Assembly (NCBI GenBank): GCA_963664875.1
Contig: OY761611.1
Location: forward strand, 3,008,001 to 3,072,000
Reading direction: 5' to 3'
Source of the DNA: Candidatus Kapaibacterium sp.
Lineage (GTDB): Bacteria; Bacteroidota; Ignavibacteria; Kapaibacteriales; UBA2268
Length of the DNA: 64,000 bases
The translations under genes were made by a program, and so were the position numbers. The notes under the pieces are model-generated. The model was not told where the DNA came from, did not search any database, and was given only the letters and a program-made list of their open reading frames with translations. Positions 57,958 to 64,000 of this stretch are shown here, in pieces; position 1 is the stretch's first letter, and every line of letters begins with the position of its first letter.

Positions 57958-59742
57958 TTAGTATCTGTTACGCTTGCGATAATGTGTGTGCAGTAGCTTG
58001 TGAGATTTGTGTCCCAGAGGGCCACTTGTAAGATACTCGTTATATAGCTGAGCTATCTCAGGATTCTCATGTGATTTTCTGAGTTCTAAGCCTTCATCTT
58101 CTTTGTAAATAGCTTCCATACGTTTTTTTCTTATTTCATCATTTGTAGGTATAGGCTGACCGCCACCACCGATACAGCCGCCCGGGCAAGCCATGATTTC
58201 TATGAAATGGTAAGGAGATTTACCCTCTGCTATCTGATCCATGATGATTCTTGCATTTGTCAGACCGTGAGCAACCGCCACTTTCAAAGTTACACCTTCG
58301 AGGAAAGACCAATCGGGCAGCACATTTTCGAACTTAATATCTGCTTCTTTGATACCTTCCAAACCGCGTACAGGAGTTATATTTAGTTTTTCAAAAGGCA
58401 CTTCTCTACCGGTAATTATTTCATAAGCAGTACGCAATGCTGCTTCCATAACACCACCCGATGCTCCAAATATAGCACCCGCACCTGTGGATTTACCCAT
58501 AATACTGTCGAAGCTCGAATTTGGCAGTTCTGTAAATTCTACACCTGCTTGCTTGATCATGTGAGCAAGTTCGCGTGTAGTCAAGCCTGCATCTATATCT
58601 CTAAAGCCGCTCGAGTTCATCTCAGGTCGATTAGCTTCATATTTCTTTGCAGCACATGGCATAATAGAAACGCTGACTATATCCTCAGGTTTTACATCTA
58701 TCTTTTCTGCATAGTAAGTTTTTGATAAAGCACCAAACATCTGCTGAGGAGATTTGCAGGTAGAAAGATGTTCCAGATGGTTAGGATACATATGTTCTAT
58801 GAACTTTACCCACCCTGGCGAACAAGATGTTATCATTGGTAAAGTAGTCTCTTCTTTGGTCTGAAGTGCCTTTCTCAGCCTGCTTAGTAGTTCGTGACCT
58901 TCCTCGATTATAGTAAGATCTGCTGTAAAGTCAGTATCAAGTACAGAATCGAAACCAATTTTTTTGAGAGCTGCAGCCATTTTGCCTGTAACAATTTCAC
59001 CCGGTTCGAAGCCTAACATTTCGCCAAGAGCTACACGGACTGATGGAGCAGTATTAACTACAACGTGTTTAGTATCGTCGCCGATTGCTTCCCAAATGTC
59101 ATCGAAGTAGCGTCTTTCCGTCAATGCACCGGTAGGGCAGTGAGTGATACATTGACCACAATTTACACACACCACTTCGTTTAATGGGAGCTCCATAAAT
59201 GTGGTGATTTTCATATCTTTGCCCTTATGAGCTACACATACTGCATTGACATGTTGCAGCTCAGCACAAGTCCTTACGCAACGTTGGCAACGGACACATT
59301 TACTGTCATCTTTTTCAATTGACCAGCTGGATTTATCTATTTCACTTTTTTTGCAGATATTGAGATATGTATCATTATCCACATTATATTCCGAAGCCAA
59401 ATCCTGCAATTCACAATTTGTAGAGCGATAGCAGGTAGTGCATTGTGTATTATGCTCTGAAACGAGCAGCGCTATAAGGTCTTTTCTTGCAGTTCTAACC
59501 TTAGGAGTGTTAGTTTTGATTATCATTCCTTGTTCGCATGGAGTAGCACAAGACGCTACTAAGTTTCTGTATCCATCTACTTCTACCACACAAACTCGGC
59601 AGTTACCGGCTATGCAAAGGTCTTCGTGATAGCAAAGAGTAGGAATTCTGACGTTTACCTTCTTTGCTGCTTCCAATATAGAAGTACCTTTTTTGACACT
59701 TACATCTATGCCATTTATCTTAACACTGATAATTTGTTCCAT
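57958..59742 (-). CDS. hydA: [FeFe] hydrogenase group A catalytic subunit
   Basis: H-cluster motifs TSCSPGW, MPCAAKKYE, EIMACPGGCIGGGGQP. N-terminal 2Fe-2S, His-ligated and 2x4Fe-4S motifs. Confidence 0.95.
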   Translation of the reverse strand: MEQIISVKINGIDVSVKKGTSILEAAKKVNVRIPTLCYHEDLCIAGNCRVCVVEVDGYRNLVASCATPCEQGMIIKTNTPKVRTARKDLIALLVSEHNTQCTTCYRSTNCELQDLASEYNVDNDTYLNICKKSEIDKSSWSIEKDDSKCVRCQRCVRTCAELQHVNAVCVAHKGKDMKITTFMELPLNEVVCVNCGQCITHCPTGALTERRYFDDIWEAIGDDTKHVVVNTAPSVRVALGEMLGFEPGEIVTGKMAAALKKIGFDSVLDTDFTADLTIIEEGHELLSRLRKALQTKEETTLPMITSCSPGWVKFIEHMYPNHLEHLSTCKSPQQMFGALSKTYYAEKIDVKPEDIVSVSIMPCAAKKYEANRPEMNSSGFRDIDAGLTTRELAHMIKQAGVEFTELPNSSFDSIMGKSTGAGAIFGASGGVMEAALRTAYEIITGREVPFEKLNITPVRGLEGIKEADIKFENVLPDWSFLEGVTLKVAVAHGLTNARIIMDQIAEGKSPYHFIEIMACPGGCIGGGGQPIPTNDEIRKKRMEAIYKEDEGLELRKSHENPEIAQLYNEYLTSGPLGHKSHKLLHTHYRKRNRY

Positions 59743-59772
59743 ATTTTTTATTTCGCAGAATAATTTGACAAA

Positions 59773-60957
59773 TTAGTAAATCATTTCTTCTCTGAAATTG
59801 ATAACAATCGAAGAGAAAGAATTCGCGACTGATTGTCCAAGTCCACATTTAGCAGTAATTTTCATAGTTTCGCTCAACTTTAGGAGTTGTTCTAAGTACT
59901 GAGGTGGGCGTTCTCCTTTTTTAACTGCAGATATGCCTTCTTTAAGCTGCTGGCAACCTATTCTGCAAGGAGTACACTGTCCGCAGGATTCTTCCTCGAA
60001 GAAATCGAGATAGTTTTCCAATACTCTATACATAGACCTTGTACTATTGAATAGCATCATAGAACCTCCGGTCGGAAGCGAATCACCTGATAGACCTCCC
60101 GGGAAGCCGATAGTAGTAGATGCAAACTTTTTGCGAGGTACGCAAAAACCGGATGCACCACCTACCTGCACAGCTTTAGTGTCCCCGTCGCCAAATTCTC
60201 GCACGAAATCAGATAATGACATACCAAATTCTATATCATAAATGCCGGGTCTCGGAGTATCTCCGGAAACAGAAAATAATTTTGATCCGTGAGAATCCTG
60301 AATGCCAAGCTTTTTAAATTCTTCAGGACCGATTTTTGCAACCATCAAAGCCGAAACTAATGTCTCAACATTGTTGATTACAGTTGGGCATCCATTATAC
60401 CCATTGTTAGTTGGGAAAGGTGGCTTGTTGCGTGGTTCTCCTCTTCTACCTTCTAAAGAGTTCAAAAGAGCTGTTTCCTCGCCACAAACATAGGCACCAC
60501 TTCCGAGGAATATTTCTACATTAAAATCCAATCCAAGTATTTCGGCATGGACATGAAATTCGTCAACTTCTTTTTGTAGCTGTGGAACTAAATATTTGTA
60601 TTCTCCGCGAAGATAAATGAATCCTTTCTTAGCACCAATTACTTTAGCACAGATACCCATACCACCGAGCACTCTTCGTGCTACTTTTGTAAGAATCTCT
60701 CTGTCTTTGAATGTGCCCGGTTCGCCTTCGTCAGCGTTGCAGATAACGTATTTTTCTTCGCCTTCCGCTTGGGCTGCAAATTTCCATTTCAATCCTGTCA
60801 GGAATCCGGCTCCGCCTCTGCCTTTCAGTCCTGAATCTAATAAGTCCTGAATAATCTGTTGGTTAGGGCGTTTCATACATAGCCCTAAAGTTTTGTATTT
60901 ATTGGAATCGTTATAATTTCCCAAAATCACATCAACTCTTTTAAGTCTATCTTTCAT
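59773..60957 (-). CDS. hydB: NuoF-like diaphorase subunit (short HydB)
   Basis: Motifs GRGGAGF, CNADEGEPGTFKDR, GAYVCGEETAL, ESCGQCTPCR. No C-terminal ferredoxin domain. Confidence 0.9.
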   Translation of the reverse strand: MKDRLKRVDVILGNYNDSNKYKTLGLCMKRPNQQIIQDLLDSGLKGRGGAGFLTGLKWKFAAQAEGEEKYVICNADEGEPGTFKDREILTKVARRVLGGMGICAKVIGAKKGFIYLRGEYKYLVPQLQKEVDEFHVHAEILGLDFNVEIFLGSGAYVCGEETALLNSLEGRRGEPRNKPPFPTNNGYNGCPTVINNVETLVSALMVAKIGPEEFKKLGIQDSHGSKLFSVSGDTPRPGIYDIEFGMSLSDFVREFGDGDTKAVQVGGASGFCVPRKKFASTTIGFPGGLSGDSLPTGGSMMLFNSTRSMYRVLENYLDFFEEESCGQCTPCRIGCQQLKEGISAVKKGERPPQYLEQLLKLSETMKITAKCGLGQSVANSFSSIVINFREEMIY

Positions 60958-60969
60958 TATAAAAACTCC

Positions 60970-61434
60970 CTATCTGTTTCTGTATTCAGCAATGATTTTT
61001 TCTACTTTTTCCGGAGTAAGCTCTGTGTAAATCTCATCGTTTATCAGCATTGCAGGTCCTTTATGGCACCATCCAAGGCAGTTGGTATAAAGCAGAGAAA
61101 ACTTTCTGTTGAGAGTTGTTTCGCCAACTTTGATTTTTAGCAGGTTTTCTAAAGTTTTTACGATCGCTTCCTTTTCCTTCATTTCGCAGACTATTGTTTT
61201 GCATAGTCTGATTACATATTCGCCGCGCGGAACTGTGTCCAAAAAGTGATAAAAAGTAGCCTTGCCATAAACTTCTGCTGAAGAAATGTCAAGTTGTTTT
61301 GCAATCTCAACCATAGCCTCATCTGAAACATAGTGGTCATTGTCATAGACCCCTTGCAAGATAGGTAAAAGGCTTGAACGCTCGCGTCCGTACTTTTTCA
61401 CTAATGATTGTACTGTCATTGAAGTATTGCTCAT
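60970..61434 (-). CDS. hydC: NuoE-like 2Fe-2S subunit (HydC)
   Basis: Motifs VYGKATFYHF, CKTIVC, CLGWC..GP. GGAGG favours the start at 61434; the track gives 61449. Confidence 0.9.
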   Translation of the reverse strand: MSNTSMTVQSLVKKYGRERSSLLPILQGVYDNDHYVSDEAMVEIAKQLDISSAEVYGKATFYHFLDTVPRGEYVIRLCKTIVCEMKEKEAIVKTLENLLKIKVGETTLNRKFSLLYTNCLGWCHKGPAMLINDEIYTELTPEKVEKIIAEYRNR

Positions 61435-61757
61435 AGTAGCCTCCGGCATACTGTGTATAATGAATATTGTAGCTAAATATATTTGAGTTGTGATGTATTC
61501 GATTAAAACAAGAAATAAGACATTTAATAAAATGCAAAAATGAGATATAAAAATTTTAACATAATTCTAAGTAAAAACAAAATACTATTTTCTCTAAATG
61601 ATTTATGTAATCAATGTGTTGCCTCTTAGCAGATACGGTTTAGCTCTGATATTTGACAATCAAACGGCTAATATTACACCTCGTCAGAAAGAGAATAACT
61701 ATAGGAAATGCGTGGCGTAATTTGCATTAAATTGTTTGTACAAAAAGGAGTTATCGT

Positions 61758-64000
61758 ATGAAAAATGGAACTGCAATATTAGTTTTCTTTGTTTTGATGT
61801 GCTTTGTAAGTAATGCTCAGGAACTAAGAAGCATAAAAGGATATGTTTTTGATAAGGAAACACTAAAACCTCTACCAGGTGCTACTATAATTTTAGAAGA
61901 CACAAAACTTGGTGCAAAGTCAAAAAATGACGGAAAATTTGAAATTCCGAAACTCACTCCGGGTAGGTATAATATTCTTGTCAAATATATTGGCTACAAA
62001 TCCGAGCTTAGACAAAATCTCATACTTTCTTCTTCGAGGGACTTGTTAATCGAAATAGGACTTGAAGAATCTGTCAGTAGGACTGAAAAGGTTTTCGTAA
62101 CTGCCGAGAAAGACAAATCAAAAGCCATAAACGAATCTTCACTTGTTAGCAGCAAAACCTTCACTGTCGAGGAAACAGGCAGATATGCAGGTGCTATGAT
62201 GGATCCGGCTCGAATGGTAACAAATTTTGCAGGAGTGAGTGCTGTAAATGATGATAGGAACGATATAATCATTCGTGGTAATTCTCCCTTAGGTGTTTTG
62301 TGGAGATTAGAAGGAATATCCATACCCAATCCTAATCACTTTTCCGCTTATGGCAACACCGGCGGTCCGATTAGTATTCTAAATAACAATAATCTAGCAA
62401 ATTCAGATTTTATGACAGGTGCATTCCCTGCAGAATTTGGCAATGCTACTGCCGGAGCTTTTGATTTGAAACTCAAAAAAGGGAACAGCGAAGATTTTGA
62501 AATAATGACTCAGTTAGGGCTTACAGGTATCGAACTGGGGGTAGAATCACCACTATTTGCTGAGCAGTCCTCTATAATTTTCAATTACAGATATTCTACA
62601 TTGGGATTATTAGACAAGGTTTCTGATGTTGTAGCAGATTTGCCGAGCATACCCAAGTATCAGGATTTAACTTTCAAAATTGCATTTCCTAATACAGACT
62701 TCGGAAGCTGGGAGATTTTTGGTTTAGGAGGTATGTCCGAATCAGATTTCCTATATAATGCTAAAGATGATGATGACGAGTTTAATATATATGATGAGAA
62801 TCTCAACAAAAATATTTACAGTCGCAATAAGTTAGGAGTAATTGGTATCTCAAATACGATGTTACTTGGTGAGTCATCATTTTTAAAATCAACTGTAGCT
62901 GTAACCGCTACGGAAAACAAATCGCAAACAGATACACTTTATAATCAAATCTCTATGCTAAAATTGAATAATGCAGAGGAAATTACTTTGCAATGGGCAG
63001 AGCAATATAGTTATAAATATGACAAAAAGAATGTATTTTCGGCTGGATTTACTGCTAAATACATGGATTTCAAACTTGCTGACAGCTCGCATAACGGAAC
63101 TGATTTTGATATCAATACAGAAATAACTGACAATGCTTTGCTGGCGGAAGCTTATGTGCAACTTGAACATAAGTTTTCAGACAAAACCAAAATGAATGTT
63201 GGATTGCATGGTACTTATTTTGATTTGAATCAAACCGGAGTCTTCGAACCGAGATTAGGTTTTAGCACAGAGTTGAGCGAAAAACACAATATTTCATTAG
63301 GCTTGGGGCTTCATAGTCAAATCCAACCATTGCCATATTATTTTTATCAGGATGAAAATGGCAGAAAAGGAAATCAAAACTTGGAGCTTACAAAAAGTTT
63401 CCACTCTGTACTTTCTCACCGATGGACATTGGCAAATAATTTATATATTAAAACAGAAGCGTATTATCAATATTTGTATGATATTCCTGTCGATAGCTAT
63501 CCGTCAACTTTTGCGATGGTGAATGCCGGAGCTGATTTTCAGTTAGATGCAAAAACTAATTTGGTAAATGATGGCACAGGGGAAAATTACGGGATAGAGC
63601 TAACATTAGAAAGATTCTTTGCTGATGGGTTTTATATGTTACTCACAGGTTCTGTATTTGACAGCAAATACAAAGCAAGCGACGACAAGCAAAGGAACAC
63701 GGCTTTCAACGGTAATTATATGTTGGCAGCCTTAGGAGGATTAGAGTTTGAAATGTTCGACGGATTCGATTTTATTTTGGATTCTAAACTCACTTTCGGA
63801 GGTGGGAGAAGGTATATTCCAATAGATTTGGCAGCGTCTGTGGTAGAAGGACAAACAGAATTCGATGAGAGTAAAGCATTTGAAAGTAGATATAAAGATT
63901 ATTTCCGTTGGGATATTAAAATCGGATATAGAATGAATCTTATGAGTAGCTCACATTATCTACTTTTAGATTTTATGAATGTACTAAATACTAAAAACGA
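61758..64000 (+). CDS. TonB-dependent receptor (3' end beyond the window)
   Basis: aaggag RBS, signal peptide, IKGYVFDKETLKPLPGATI (CarboxypepD_reg-like), plug motifs RNDIIIRGNSP, PNPNHF, GAFPAEFGNA. Confidence 0.9.
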   Translation, partial: MKNGTAILVFFVLMCFVSNAQELRSIKGYVFDKETLKPLPGATIILEDTKLGAKSKNDGKFEIPKLTPGRYNILVKYIGYKSELRQNLILSSSRDLLIEIGLEESVSRTEKVFVTAEKDKSKAINESSLVSSKTFTVEETGRYAGAMMDPARMVTNFAGVSAVNDDRNDIIIRGNSPLGVLWRLEGISIPNPNHFSAYGNTGGPISILNNNNLANSDFMTGAFPAEFGNATAGAFDLKLKKGNSEDFEIMTQLGLTGIELGVESPLFAEQSSIIFNYRYSTLGLLDKVSDVVADLPSIPKYQDLTFKIAFPNTDFGSWEIFGLGGMSESDFLYNAKDDDDEFNIYDENLNKNIYSRNKLGVIGISNTMLLGESSFLKSTVAVTATENKSQTDTLYNQISMLKLNNAEEITLQWAEQYSYKYDKKNVFSAGFTAKYMDFKLADSSHNGTDFDINTEITDNALLAEAYVQLEHKFSDKTKMNVGLHGTYFDLNQTGVFEPRLGFSTELSEKHNISLGLGLHSQIQPLPYYFYQDENGRKGNQNLELTKSFHSVLSHRWTLANNLYIKTEAYYQYLYDIPVDSYPSTFAMVNAGADFQLDAKTNLVNDGTGENYGIELTLERFFADGFYMLLTGSVFDSKYKASDDKQRNTAFNGNYMLAALGGLEFEMFDGFDFILDSKLTFGGGRRYIPIDLAASVVEGQTEFDESKAFESRYKDYFRWDIKIGYRMNLMSSSHYLLLDFMNVLNTKN

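Noticed and set aside
61713-61726. Sigma-54 site TGGCGT...TTGCA before the TonB receptor
   Set aside because: The GG-to-GC offset is 10 nt rather than the required 12.
1-64000. CRISPR array, rRNA, transposase, reverse transcriptase or prophage genes
   Set aside because: No regularly spaced direct repeats or diagnostic motifs were seen by eye. Short or degenerate arrays could have been missed.

Overview
AT-rich bacterial chromosome segment. It most likely comes from the FCB group (Ignavibacteria/Kapabacteria-like), inferred from T9SS C-terminal sorting domains, Gln at +1 after many signal peptides, a ccoNO fusion, a TonB-dependent receptor, and flagellar genes with Shine-Dalgarno sites. Housekeeping content includes nadK, lgt, lpdA, two tRNA-Gly(GCC), mscS, a lolC/E-type permease, a CDF transporter, glmM and comF. 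The window also has a three-gene sensory cluster, a motB-fliW-csrA-response regulator operon with a sigma-28 promoter, a cbb3 oxidase operon and a trimeric [FeFe] hydrogenase with non-bifurcating motifs. The main candidate novelty is an 11 kb operon of two giant secreted proteins (4293-15303). One is a beta-solenoid/FN3/PPC protein. The other is a T9SS substrate carrying cohesin-like, LamG and dockerin-like modules. Their 735 bp upstream region resembles a flagellin control region: two near-consensus sigma-28 promoters, a sigma-54-like site, a CsrA-type GGA hairpin, and a 13-codon uORF ending in a nested hairpin. Codon usage across both genes is mosaic. Other items of note are an unexplained structured RNA candidate before nadK, a Borrelia P13-like porin, a ClpP-fold protease cassette next to the tRNAs, and an M1 peptidase lacking its catalytic residues. 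No CRISPR array, rRNA, integrase or transposase was seen. All domain calls are by-eye motif recognition, not database searches.
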